From: Flavobacteriales bacterium
GTDB taxonomy: Bacteria; Bacteroidota; Bacteroidia; NS11-12g; UBA955
Assembly (NCBI GenBank): GCA_947463095.1
Contig: CANHRE010000003.1
Coordinates: 12,073 to 76,072 of the forward strand
Reading direction: 5' to 3'
Length of the DNA stretch: 64,000 nucleotides
Below the pieces are notes generated by a model that had not been told where the DNA came from, did not search any database, and was given only the letters and a program-made list of their open reading frames with translations. The first letter of the stretch is position 1. Each line of letters starts with the position of its first letter. This document shows, in pieces, positions 44,605 to 53,489 of this stretch. The translations under genes and the position numbers were made by a program.

Positions 44605-45435
44605 ATGTTAGAATCTTTGAAAATCTGGTTTTTAGACTTACACCCGGTGATGCAGGGCCTGCTGGCAACGCTTTTCACCTGGATGCTTACTGCGGCTGGG
44701 GCGGCTCTGGTATTTCTGTTCAATGACATGAGTCGCAAATGGATGGACATTATGCTTGGTTTTACCGGTGGCGTAATGATTGCCGCCAGCTTTTGGTCAT
44801 TGCTGGCTCCTTCTATTGAAATGGCTACGGACCAATACGGAGCACGCTGGGCCTGGGTGCCGGCTGCTGTTGGTTTTATTGGCGGAGCCTTGTTTCTCTT
44901 TTTACTGGACAAAATATTGCCGCACCTGCATTTGAACAACCCTGTCCACGAGGCCGAGGGACCCAGGTCGGATTGGAATCGCACGCTGTTGCTGGTGATG
45001 GCCATTACCCTGCACAATATTCCTGAAGGTTTGGCGGTGGGTGTTGCTTTTGGTGCGGTTGCGCAGGGATTGCCGCATGCCGATCTTGGTGCTGCTGTAG
45101 CGCTGGCCATCGGCATCGGACTCCAGAACTTCCCTGAAGGCCTGGCAGTAGCCATGCCCCTAAGGCGCAATGGTATGAGTGCAAAGAAGAGTTTTTTCTG
45201 GGGACAGCTTTCGGCTGTGGTAGAGCCTTTGGCAGGCGCCCTGGGTGCAGCTGCTGTGATGGTGGCGCAACCTATATTACCGTATGCACTGGCTTTTGCG
45301 GCCGGGGCCATGATTTTTGTAGTGGTAGAAGAGGTGATTCCGGAAACACAGAAGGATCGCTACGCCGACTTTGCCACATTGGGACTTGTAGCAGGTTTTG
45401 TGGTGATGATGGCCCTGGATGTGGCTCTGGGTTGA
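44605..45435 (+). CDS. ZIP family divalent-metal transporter (ZupT/GufA-like)
   Basis: ITLHNIPEGLAVGVAF and IGLQNFPEGLAV signature helices. 8-nt gap after the repressor gene. Confidence 0.85.
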   Translation: MLESLKIWFLDLHPVMQGLLATLFTWMLTAAGAALVFLFNDMSRKWMDIMLGFTGGVMIAASFWSLLAPSIEMATDQYGARWAWVPAAVGFIGGALFLFLLDKILPHLHLNNPVHEAEGPRSDWNRTLLLVMAITLHNIPEGLAVGVAFGAVAQGLPHADLGAAVALAIGIGLQNFPEGLAVAMPLRRNGMSAKKSFFWGQLSAVVEPLAGALGAAAVMVAQPILPYALAFAAGAMIFVVVEEVIPETQKDRYADFATLGLVAGFVVMMALDVALG

Positions 45436-45521
45436 ATAATACCCAGAGGTAACTCCGTTGAGGGTTCTCCATAACTGCACCAAGGTGTCAGATGTTGTTT
45501 TGCGCTGAAGTCAATAATCAG

Positions 45522-45529
45522 TAGCTTTG
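45522..45529 (+). promoter_or_regulatory. Bacteroidota -7 box TAGCTTTG upstream of the methyltransferase-like gene
   Basis: Exact TAnnTTTG match, about 70 nt upstream of ATG 45599. The implied leader contains the hairpin TTACGGG-N11-CCCGTAA (45547..45571). Confidence 0.35.
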
Positions 45530-45598
45530 CCGGGATTTCTTCCTCATTACGGGAAATAACCTTGCCCGTAAAAGAAGATTCACCTTCGAAAAGCATCT

Positions 45599-46705
45599 AT
45601 GACATCACCCAAAACCAGTATTGAAGAAAATCCTCAGCTGCTAGACCTGATGATTTCCGACATGGACCAGGCCTCGCCACTTTATAAACCCACCAACTAC
45701 TGGCAATACAAGGCCAGCGTTTTTCTACCGGCGCTCACGAAAGAGGGTCTGAAAGATTTCCGCAGGAAGCCCGAATCTGTTTTCCGCGCTTTCGGCGGTG
45801 TAGATATTTGGCCTGTTTATTGGAATGATTTGCGCAAATCAAGGGTGTTCAACAACCGAATCCTCCGTTCACTTCCAGGCTGGCAATCGGTGCTGAAAGG
45901 CCTTTCGGGGCTTACCGATTCCATAGCCAAAGCGGTAGCACCCGGCAGCATTGAATACAAAAAGCAACTTCCTTATCGCGTTGCCAAACAGGTGGAAGCC
46001 CAAACCAAAGCGCCTTCCATCGACCAAATTGAAGCATCTCTGGTGGCCAATCCTGAATATGTTTTTCAGGTAAATGGTAAAACCTATACCAACAACTTTG
46101 TTGACTATTACCTGCGCTATGCTTATTGCTGCCAGTTTATTGATTTCTCCAAAGTGAAGGTGATTGTGGAATTGGGAAGCGGTTCCTGCAAGCTCACAGA
46201 AGTCATCAGGAAATTTCATCCCCATATTTCTTTTATGAATTTTGACATTGCCCCCCAGCTTTATGTTGGAGAAATGTATTTGCGCTCGGTTTTCCCCGGC
46301 GATGTGGTTTCTTATGAAACCAACCGCAATCTGGAACAACTGCCAACTCCCGAACCCGGAAAAATGTACTTTTTTGGTGCCTGGCAGTTCCCGCTGCTGA
46401 AGGATGTTCATTATGATCTGTTCATGAACCTGACCAGTTTCCAGGAAATGGAACCGGATGTAGTGGCCAACTACATCAGCTTCATCAACGGCAACAGCGA
46501 ATACGTTTACCTGCACGAACAAATGGCAGGAAAAGAAGTAGCCAAGAAAAAAGGGGAATTCGGCGTATTGAACCCAACTACCCTGAAGCACTACGAAGAG
46601 AATTTCTCTAATTACACGCTCATAGACAAGGTGCCTTCATTGAAGGAAACCGGTGAATACAAATGGAAGGGTCATATGGATACCTTTTGGAAGCGTAAAT
46701 CCTGA
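45599..46705 (+). CDS. Hypothetical protein, probable class I SAM-dependent methyltransferase (sugar O-methyltransferase-like)
   Basis: VIVELGSGSCKL resembles the SAM-binding motif I (ExGxGxG). The rest is unassigned. Confidence 0.45.
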   Translation: MTSPKTSIEENPQLLDLMISDMDQASPLYKPTNYWQYKASVFLPALTKEGLKDFRRKPESVFRAFGGVDIWPVYWNDLRKSRVFNNRILRSLPGWQSVLKGLSGLTDSIAKAVAPGSIEYKKQLPYRVAKQVEAQTKAPSIDQIEASLVANPEYVFQVNGKTYTNNFVDYYLRYAYCCQFIDFSKVKVIVELGSGSCKLTEVIRKFHPHISFMNFDIAPQLYVGEMYLRSVFPGDVVSYETNRNLEQLPTPEPGKMYFFGAWQFPLLKDVHYDLFMNLTSFQEMEPDVVANYISFINGNSEYVYLHEQMAGKEVAKKKGEFGVLNPTTLKHYEENFSNYTLIDKVPSLKETGEYKWKGHMDTFWKRKS

Positions 46706-46741
46706 GGAAGGTTACGCATATTCTTTCATAATTAATACGAA

Positions 46742-46769
46742 AGCCTGGGTTTACACACCCAGGCTTTTT
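46742..46769. terminator. Bidirectional terminator hairpin overlapping the mazG stop codon
   Basis: AGCCTGGGT-TTACAC-ACCCAGGCT followed by TTTT: 9-bp stem, with GAAA upstream. Lies between convergent genes. Confidence 0.65.
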
Positions 46770-47542
46770 GCTTCATTCCAATAGACATCCATCTCTTCCA
46801 GGCTCATGTTGCCCATCACCTTGCCGTCTCTTTTTGCGCAGTGTTCTATATGGGCAAAGCGCCTCATAAATTTGCGGTTCGCTTTTTCCAGGGCATCGTC
46901 CGGGTTTACCTTTTGAAACCGGGCATAATTCACCAGGGCAAACAACAGGTCTCCCAGTTCTTCTTCTATAGCTTCAGCACCTTGGGCTTCATGCAGTTCC
47001 AGCCATTCTTCTTCTACTTTGGCCTTCACTTCCTGCACTGTGGGCCAATCGAAACCTACCTGGGCCACTTTCTCCTGGATGCGGTATGCCTTGACCAGCG
47101 CAGGCATGCTGCGCGGAACCCCTTCAAGCACGGATGAAGGCTGATTGGCTCCATTCTCACTTAGCTTAATCTTCTCCCAGTTCTGCTTCACCGTGTCGGC
47201 ATCTTCTGCCTTTACGTCGCCGTAAATATGTGGATGTCGCCTGATCAGCTTCTCGCTCAGCGAGCGCATCACATCGGCTATGTCAAAATATGACTGCTCA
47301 TCTGCTATTTTGCTGTAAAACACTATGTGCAACAGCACGTCGCCCAACTCTTTCTTCACCTGATCGGGATTTCCGTCCAGGATGGCGTCGCTGAGTTCAG
47401 CCACTTCCTCGATGGTCAGGTGGCGGATGCTTTCCCAGGTTTGTTCGCGATCCCAAGGACACTGAGTGCGCAATTCGTCCATGATACGCAGCAGGCGCGT
47501 AAATTCTTCCAGTTTTACCTGCAGGCTGTTCGCTCTGCTCAT
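46751..47542 (-). CDS. mazG: Nucleoside triphosphate pyrophosphohydrolase MazG (tandem-domain form)
   Basis: CPWDREQT, EEVAELSDAI, ELGDVLLHIVFY and a second-domain EELGDLLFALVNYAR. ATGA overlap with the upstream TPR gene. Confidence 0.9.
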   Translation of the reverse strand: MSRANSLQVKLEEFTRLLRIMDELRTQCPWDREQTWESIRHLTIEEVAELSDAILDGNPDQVKKELGDVLLHIVFYSKIADEQSYFDIADVMRSLSEKLIRRHPHIYGDVKAEDADTVKQNWEKIKLSENGANQPSSVLEGVPRSMPALVKAYRIQEKVAQVGFDWPTVQEVKAKVEEEWLELHEAQGAEAIEEELGDLLFALVNYARFQKVNPDDALEKANRKFMRRFAHIEHCAKRDGKVMGNMSLEEMDVYWNEAKSLGV

Positions 47543-50500
47543 TCTCCGCCTCCTGATTCTTCTTTGATGTTAGGCGCCTGATTTAATCCATCCAACTTAC
47601 GTTTGGCCTCTGCAACAATTTCAGGCATGTCGTTGAAGTTTGCAATTACGCTGTTCCAGGTAGCTTTGGCCGAGAAGTTGTCGCCCATCTTTACGTAAAT
47701 ATCGCCCAGAAGCAGGAATGATTTGGCAAGCCACAGGTCGTAGCTGCTGAATTGATTGTTGAACTGAAATACCGATTTTTTTGCTGTGCTCAGGCTGTCC
47801 ATGCTATACAGCGTCAGCGCCTCAAAGTATTTACTTTCGGCAGCATACTGATTATCGAATTTGTTGAAGTTGCGCTGGAACAATTCCAGGGCGCGGTTAA
47901 ACTCCCTTTGCTCGTAGCGAATTCTGCCCAGCACCAGCAGTGCTTCGCTGATCATTTCCGGTTTGGTATAATCCAGTCCCAGCAGTTGCTCAGCCTTGCG
48001 TTCGGCGGTTGCGGCCTGGTTGGTGCTCAAGGCACAGCGCATCTGTTTGTGTACCGAATACAACAGGTTGTCGCGGCTTCCCGTTGCCTGCTCCAGTTTC
48101 TCCAAATAGGGCAGCAACGCAGCGCAGCTGCTTGTATTGCGGCCCATAATATCGGCTATGGCCAGGAGCGATTGTTCACTGTATTCGCTGGCAGCGGCAT
48201 TGGCAACCTTCTGATAATAAGGCAGCGCCTGGTCCGGTTGCTTTTTGCGCTCGTAGCTGTAAGCCAGATGGTATTCAGCCGGTATCAGGAAGAAACCATC
48301 CTTAAAATCAGTGAGGTAGCGGTTAAACTCCCGAATGGCGCCATCGTAATCCTTGCGTTCCCATAGGTTAAATGCAGAAGCATATACAATAGAATCCCTT
48401 CTGGACGCACTCACCGAAATATTGGGTACGGTAGCAACCCAACTCAGGTATTCGGAGCCACGACCATTTTCCCTGTAAATCTTCTCAATCTTCTCGATGG
48501 CTTTCTGCGCTTCGGGTGTTCCGGGATATTCCAGCGCCAGCTTCTTGTACATATCTATGGCTTTGTCGTCCTTCTCCTGTTTGTAATACAGCTGACCCAG
48601 CGTTTGATAGGCCTTCTTTACAATCAGGCGGCCCTGAAAGTCTTGCACCAGATACATCAGGTTGCGCTCTGCTTCTTTTGCCTGGCCGATGTTCAGTTGT
48701 TCGCTGGCCATTTCAAAAATGGCATCGGGCACGAAAGGCGATTCCGGGAACTCGTTGGGAATGCGCTTCATGGTAGCAATTTTTTGCTGCGATTCGCGGG
48801 TAAAGCCATAAATCATACCCTTTTGGAACAGCGCGTAATCGGCAGCAGGGCCCTTTTTTCCTGAAACATATGCATAGCTTTCCAAGGCTTCGGAGAGTTT
48901 GCGTATCATGAAGTAACTATCACCCAGCCTGGCCATCGCATCGGTATAGATATCCTCCTGATAGGTACCGCTGCGCGCAGCGTTCCTGTATTGGTTGAAC
49001 AGCGCCGAGGCTTCGGCAAACATCCGCTGTCTGAACCGACAGTAGCCCATGCCGTAATACACCAGCGGGAAATAATTCAGATTCCGGCATTCTGATGTTT
49101 CGGCAAAACGCTGGTAATACTGCATGGCATCAGGATATTCACCACGGGTTTGAAGAATTTCCGCTTTCCAGAACGAGGCTTCCCCCTGGAGTCTGCGATC
49201 CGATCCCACTTTCAGACTCTTGTTAAACAGCTGCAAAGCCGCTTCATAATCGCGATCTCTGAAGTACTTCTGCCCCTGATATAAGGTTACTTTCTGATAG
49301 GTTTCCCGTGCATTGTCATCCATTTCTCCAATGGACTCCAGAATGCTGATGGCTGTGCGGTAATCATCGGAACTCAGAAATAATGACGCCAGCAATTTCT
49401 GCGCTTCTCGTTTGTCGGGCGATTGTGGAAACTGGGATGTGAATTTCTGCAGGTAGTTGATCGCCACCTTTGGGAAGCCCAGTTCAATGGCCAGCTTTGC
49501 ATAGTTCAGCATGGCGTTTTCTTGCACTTTGCGGTTGAAATCGCTGCGCTGGGCTTCGAAGAAGGCGTTGTACGCGTCCTGCTTCCGGCCCAGTATAAGG
49601 AAAGATTCTGCCAGGTTGTGGCTGGCTGTTTGTGCCAGAGAATCGCCACTGTTGGCAATCAGCTGCAACCAGCGCACTGCATCATTGTACTGGCGAACCT
49701 TGAAAAAGGTGTATCCCACTTCATAGGTTTCCTGTCGTTCAATGCTGTCAGGTGTAAAACCGCTTCTGGTGAAGGCATCGGCCGCCGATTCGAACTCATT
49801 TACCCGGTAGTGGCATTTGCCTTTTAAGAACAAAGAACGACTGCGAAAGCTGGCAGATGTTGATTTCTCAAGGTAGCCGATGGCTTTCTGGTAGTCACCC
49901 TTCATATAGTAAATCTGGGCCATGAAGTAGCGCAGACTTTGAGGTCCGATTTCTTCAATGCTGCGAAATGATTCCAGCGCCTTTTGGTAATCGCCGGTGT
50001 AATAGCAGGCATAACCGTAGTAATAGGTTGCCCGCATTTCATATTCTGAATTGCTCTTTACCAGCGGCTCCAGCATGGTTTTGGCATCCTCATAACGGCG
50101 CGCCATCACCTGGCAATAGCCGGTATGGAAGCGCAAACGGTCGCGCTCGGCAAATGCAATGGCTGCCGGGTCTGTTTGCTTGTAGTAGGGAAGGGCCCTG
50201 CTGTATTTCCCCTGCATGAAGTAATAATCACCCAAGGCCAGATTGGCACTGTTGGTTTTATAGGAGCCGGGGTTATTGCTTAGGTATTCTAAAACGGCGG
50301 CCTCACCATCGCTGTGCGAAGCACGCAGCTTGGAAATGGCCACATAGTACCGGGCATCGGCTCGCATGTTTTCATCGCTGCCCTGATCCAGGTAACGCCC
50401 GAATTCCGTTACGGCAGCATTCCATTTGCCGCTGTTAAACAACTCTTCACCCAACCTGAAATGAACATCCGGACCGGTAAATAACTCCGTCTTCTGAGCC

Positions 50501-50556
50501 CGGATGGCCGTGGCCCCCAGCATTAGGAAGGTGAGGAACAGAATTCGCAAAGGCAT
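47539..50556 (-). CDS. Large (about 1000 aa) tetratricopeptide-repeat protein with a signal peptide
   Basis: MPLRILFLTFLMLGATAIRAQ, then about 20 TPR-like helical pairs (YY..G.Y..A pattern throughout). The ATG at 50556 is preferred over the GTG at 50562. Confidence 0.75.
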   Translation of the reverse strand: MPLRILFLTFLMLGATAIRAQKTELFTGPDVHFRLGEELFNSGKWNAAVTEFGRYLDQGSDENMRADARYYVAISKLRASHSDGEAAVLEYLSNNPGSYKTNSANLALGDYYFMQGKYSRALPYYKQTDPAAIAFAERDRLRFHTGYCQVMARRYEDAKTMLEPLVKSNSEYEMRATYYYGYACYYTGDYQKALESFRSIEEIGPQSLRYFMAQIYYMKGDYQKAIGYLEKSTSASFRSRSLFLKGKCHYRVNEFESAADAFTRSGFTPDSIERQETYEVGYTFFKVRQYNDAVRWLQLIANSGDSLAQTASHNLAESFLILGRKQDAYNAFFEAQRSDFNRKVQENAMLNYAKLAIELGFPKVAINYLQKFTSQFPQSPDKREAQKLLASLFLSSDDYRTAISILESIGEMDDNARETYQKVTLYQGQKYFRDRDYEAALQLFNKSLKVGSDRRLQGEASFWKAEILQTRGEYPDAMQYYQRFAETSECRNLNYFPLVYYGMGYCRFRQRMFAEASALFNQYRNAARSGTYQEDIYTDAMARLGDSYFMIRKLSEALESYAYVSGKKGPAADYALFQKGMIYGFTRESQQKIATMKRIPNEFPESPFVPDAIFEMASEQLNIGQAKEAERNLMYLVQDFQGRLIVKKAYQTLGQLYYKQEKDDKAIDMYKKLALEYPGTPEAQKAIEKIEKIYRENGRGSEYLSWVATVPNISVSASRRDSIVYASAFNLWERKDYDGAIREFNRYLTDFKDGFFLIPAEYHLAYSYERKKQPDQALPYYQKVANAAASEYSEQSLLAIADIMGRNTSSCAALLPYLEKLEQATGSRDNLLYSVHKQMRCALSTNQAATAERKAEQLLGLDYTKPEMISEALLVLGRIRYEQREFNRALELFQRNFNKFDNQYAAESKYFEALTLYSMDSLSTAKKSVFQFNNQFSSYDLWLAKSFLLLGDIYVKMGDNFSAKATWNSVIANFNDMPEIVAEAKRKLDGLNQAPNIKEESGGGE

Positions 50557-50623
50557 AAGCACAAAAATATAACGCTGTTGCCCCCTTCCTATTTTGGAGT
50601 TTTGAACAATTATACCCTGCTGA

Positions 50624-50977
50624 TTATTCCTGATAAGGGTAGAATGCGTCTTTGAAGTGGTTGATAATTAACGAGTTATACTTTATTTCTACGGCAATGA
50701 CATCAAAACGCAGTGAGGCCTGTGGAAAATGCTGTTCCAAGTAATGCCCTGCGGCACGCACCATGTGCTTTTGCTTGGCTGCCGTGACAAAATCTTCAGG
50801 ATGCCCATGGCTGTTCCTGCTCCGGGTCTTTACCTCAAATACCACCAGCATGCCTTCATGTTTGGCAATGATATCCAGTTCATCGCGGCCGGCGCGGTAG
50901 TTGCGTTCCAGAACTTCGTAGCCCTGACCCTCCAAATATCGGCAGGCCGCCTCTTCTCCCTTTCGCCCCAGATTCAT
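50624..50977 (-). CDS. yraN: YraN family (UPF0102) predicted endonuclease
   Basis: GRKGEEAACRYLEGQGYEVLERNYRAGRDELDIIA...LVVFEVKTR is the PD-(D/E)XK-like YraN signature. Confidence 0.8.
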   Translation of the reverse strand: MNLGRKGEEAACRYLEGQGYEVLERNYRAGRDELDIIAKHEGMLVVFEVKTRSRNSHGHPEDFVTAAKQKHMVRAAGHYLEQHFPQASLRFDVIAVEIKYNSLIINHFKDAFYPYQE

Positions 50978-51019
50978 GTCCGCTCGCTTTTACGTTACGG
51001 AATATACGAACTTTGCAGC

Positions 51020-51715
51020 ATGGAGGCCGCGCTGATTAACTTGGGTTTGCAGTCATACGGTAATGTGCTGAACCTGCAAAGGGCCTGGTTTGAAGAAGCC
51101 ATGCAGCAGCGCAGTGCGGGCCAATCGCCGGCCAATAGGCTTATTATGGTGGAGCATAAGCCGGTTTATACCTTCGGAAAGCACGCCCACCAAAGCAACC
51201 TGCTGGCTTCCCCAGAAATGCTCGAACGCCTGGGTGCTGAAGTGTACGAGATAGAGCGGGGAGGCGATGTTACCTTTCATGGTCCGGGTCAGCTGGTGGT
51301 TTATCCTATGTTTGATTTGGAAGTGCTGAATATGGGTGTGAAGCGATTTGTGGAAGCCCTGGAGCAAAGCATCATCGCCTGTGTAGCGGTATACGGCATT
51401 AAAGCAGGGATGGTGAACGGCCGAACAGGCGTATGGGTAGATGCGGGAAGCCCCGCCGAGCGGAAAATTGCCGCCATCGGAATTAGGTGCAGCCGCCACT
51501 ATACTATGCACGGACTTGCCCTGAATGTGCATACCGACCTGAACTGGTTCAACCACATCATACCCTGCGGCATCGCAGACCGCGGTGTTACCGGCATCGA
51601 CCGAGAAATTGCCTCCGCCGTTTCGATGAAGGAAGTAGAAGTGGCGATGCTACAATGCCTGAAGGAACATTTTCCCTTTAACTTTGTGGAACAACACATT
51701 GAATTGAATTCATGA
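51020..51715 (+). CDS. lipB: Lipoyl(octanoyl) transferase
   Basis: ERGGDVTFHGPGQLVVYP, KIAAIGIR, HGLALNV and PCGI motifs. Start moved to ATG 51020, because the track ORF from 50729 is an antisense read-through of yraN. Confidence 0.9.
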   Translation: MEAALINLGLQSYGNVLNLQRAWFEEAMQQRSAGQSPANRLIMVEHKPVYTFGKHAHQSNLLASPEMLERLGAEVYEIERGGDVTFHGPGQLVVYPMFDLEVLNMGVKRFVEALEQSIIACVAVYGIKAGMVNGRTGVWVDAGSPAERKIAAIGIRCSRHYTMHGLALNVHTDLNWFNHIIPCGIADRGVTGIDREIASAVSMKEVEVAMLQCLKEHFPFNFVEQHIELNS

Positions 51716-52305
51716 AAAACAAAACCCTCTATATCATTCTGGGCATTGCCGCCCTGCTTCTGATTCCCGGAGCATGCAACTACAATCGCTTTGTGAACCG
51801 CGAAGAAGGTGTGTCCACTGCCTGGGGCTATGTGCAATCTGCTTACCAGCGCAGGGCTGATTTGATTCCGAATCTGGTAAATACAGTGAAAGGTGCTGCC
51901 AGCTTTGAAAAGGAAACCCTGGAAAGTGTGATGGCTGCCCGCGCTGAAGCATCAAAAATCAACATCACCGCCGATCAGCTTTCTGAAGAAAATCTGGCCA
52001 AATTCCAGGCGGCCCAGAGCCAGCTATCCAGCGGCATTGGTCGTTTGCTGGCCGTGGCGGAAAACTATCCTACACTGCAGGCAGTTCAGGGTTACCGCGA
52101 CCTGATGGTATCGCTGGATGAAACAGAAAACCGCATCAAGGCGGAGCGCGATAAATTCAACAGCGCTGTGAAGGATTATAACGTGGCAGTGCGTCGCTTC
52201 CCTGGAAACATCTATGCGAGTCTGTTCGGCTTTGAGAAGAAGGCAGCCTTCCAGGCTGATGCAGGCGCAGAAAAGGCCCCCAAGGTAGAATTCAACAAGC
52301 CCTGA
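51712..52305 (+). CDS. LemA family protein
   Basis: N-terminal anchor, then YNRFVNREEGVSTAWGYVQSAYQRRADLIPNLV...ENYPTLQA...RDKFNSAVKDYN. ATGA overlap with lipB. Confidence 0.85.
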   Translation: MKNKTLYIILGIAALLLIPGACNYNRFVNREEGVSTAWGYVQSAYQRRADLIPNLVNTVKGAASFEKETLESVMAARAEASKINITADQLSEENLAKFQAAQSQLSSGIGRLLAVAENYPTLQAVQGYRDLMVSLDETENRIKAERDKFNSAVKDYNVAVRRFPGNIYASLFGFEKKAAFQADAGAEKAPKVEFNKP

Positions 52306-52755
52306 GTGTTTCCCTTTTCCTGGTTTAAGAAACCCTTGCTCAGCCGCACGGACGAAGAACGTGTCATCACCGCCATCCGCGAGGCCGAACTCCATACATC
52401 CGGAGAAATCAGGGTGCATCTGATTGCCAGAATGAAAGGCGAAATGTTGTACGCCGCAGCGCTCGCATTTAAACGTATGGGCATGCACCGCACCGCACAA
52501 CGCAATGGTGTGCTTATTTGTGTATCCATGCGCGACAGGCAATTTGCCATACTTGGTGACCAGGGCATCCACGAACAGGTAGGTGCTGCTTTCTGGGATG
52601 AAGTGCGCGATGAAATGCAGCAACATTTCAAAAACGGAGCTATTCCCCAAGCCCTGATTTCCGGTATTACCCTCACCGGACAAAAACTGAAAGAGCACTT
52701 CCCGCATCAGGATGGAGATAAAAATGAACTTAACGACAGGCCTTCCTATGCGTAA
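52306..52755 (+). CDS. TPM-domain protein (short, soluble form)
   Basis: The GTG start directly abuts the lemA stop (TGAGTG). ITAIREAELHTSGEIRVHL...NGVLICVSMRDRQFAILGD matches the TPM/TLP18.3-type pattern. Confidence 0.7.
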   Translation: MFPFSWFKKPLLSRTDEERVITAIREAELHTSGEIRVHLIARMKGEMLYAAALAFKRMGMHRTAQRNGVLICVSMRDRQFAILGDQGIHEQVGAAFWDEVRDEMQQHFKNGAIPQALISGITLTGQKLKEHFPHQDGDKNELNDRPSYA

Positions 52756-53482
52756 GTTTCTTCTGATGTTCTTTTATTGCCTGTATGCATTGAGCCTCTA
52801 TGGAGCAGAGATTCCTGCGCGGGGGCGCAGTTTGGTCAACGACTTTGCTCAGGTTATTCCCGATGAGCAGGAAGCCCTGCTTGAGTCCAAGCTCCGAATA
52901 TGGGATACAGACAGCAGCAGCGTACAAATTGCCATCATTACCGAAAATACGCTTGACGGGGAAGACCTTTGGAATAGGGCACATACCATATTCAACGAAT
53001 GGGGTATCGGTCAGCGCGAAAAAAACAACGGTGTGCTGATTTATGTGGTAGTCAAAGACCGCAAAGTCAGGATCCATACGGGAAGGGGTTCCGAACAATT
53101 TTTAGGCGATATCCGCTCTTCCCGCCTTATTGACGAAATCCTCAAGCCGGCTTTCAGGAAAGGCGCTTATTATACCGGCTTGAACGAGTTGACCGACCGC
53201 ATCATTTCCTTAAGCAGGGGCGAATACGAGGCAGAAAAAAAGAAAGATGACGGTTACAAATTCATCATTCCCCTGATTGTCATTGTGTTGGCCTTTTTCC
53301 TCAGCGCCGGCAGGGGAGGTCCCGGAGGCAGAAGCCTGGGACGCTTCGGGCGTCGCGGCGGTTTCTTAGGTGGCATGTTGTTTCCCGGAGGTGGCTTTGG
53401 CGGCGGTGGAAGCTCCGGAGGCGGCTGGGGAGGTTTTGGTGGCGGATCTAGTGGCGGTGGCGGATCCAGCGGCAGCTGGTAA
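52748..53482 (+). CDS. TPM-domain protein (YgcG-like) with a C-terminal TM helix and a Gly/Ser-rich tail
   Basis: Signal or anchor MRKFLLMFFYCLYALSLYG; VNDFAQVIPDEQEALLESKL...VQIAIIT...NNGVLIYVVVKDRKVRIHTG; TM IIPLIVIVLAFFL; tail GGFGGGGSSGGGWGGFGGGSSGGGGS. Confidence 0.75.
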   Translation: MRKFLLMFFYCLYALSLYGAEIPARGRSLVNDFAQVIPDEQEALLESKLRIWDTDSSSVQIAIITENTLDGEDLWNRAHTIFNEWGIGQREKNNGVLIYVVVKDRKVRIHTGRGSEQFLGDIRSSRLIDEILKPAFRKGAYYTGLNELTDRIISLSRGEYEAEKKKDDGYKFIIPLIVIVLAFFLSAGRGGPGGRSLGRFGRRGGFLGGMLFPGGGFGGGGSSGGGWGGFGGGSSGGGGSSGSW

Positions 53483-53489
53483 ACACCGG

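Noticed and set aside
44364-45311. Long antisense ORFs: a 315-aa example here, plus 10484..11401, 31010..31930, 24863..25681, 18691..19464, 60102..60833, 45869..46591, 33299..34009, 4660..5379, 28319..29056, 52024..52707 and 54622..55305
   Set aside because: Each lies entirely opposite a gene with strong family motifs. Their translations are Ala/Arg/Gly/Pro/His-rich low-complexity strings with no recognisable domains, as expected for open antisense frames in moderately GC-rich coding DNA.
45436-45521. tRNA, small RNA or riboswitch in the larger intergenic gaps (45436-45598, 20609-20807, 29201-29410, 35604-35786, 6303-6438)
   Set aside because: I could not fold any of them into a tRNA cloverleaf or match them to riboswitch cores I know (SAM, TPP, FMN, cobalamin, Mn). 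They contain only promoter boxes, terminators and short hairpins. A covariance-model scan would be needed for a firm negative.
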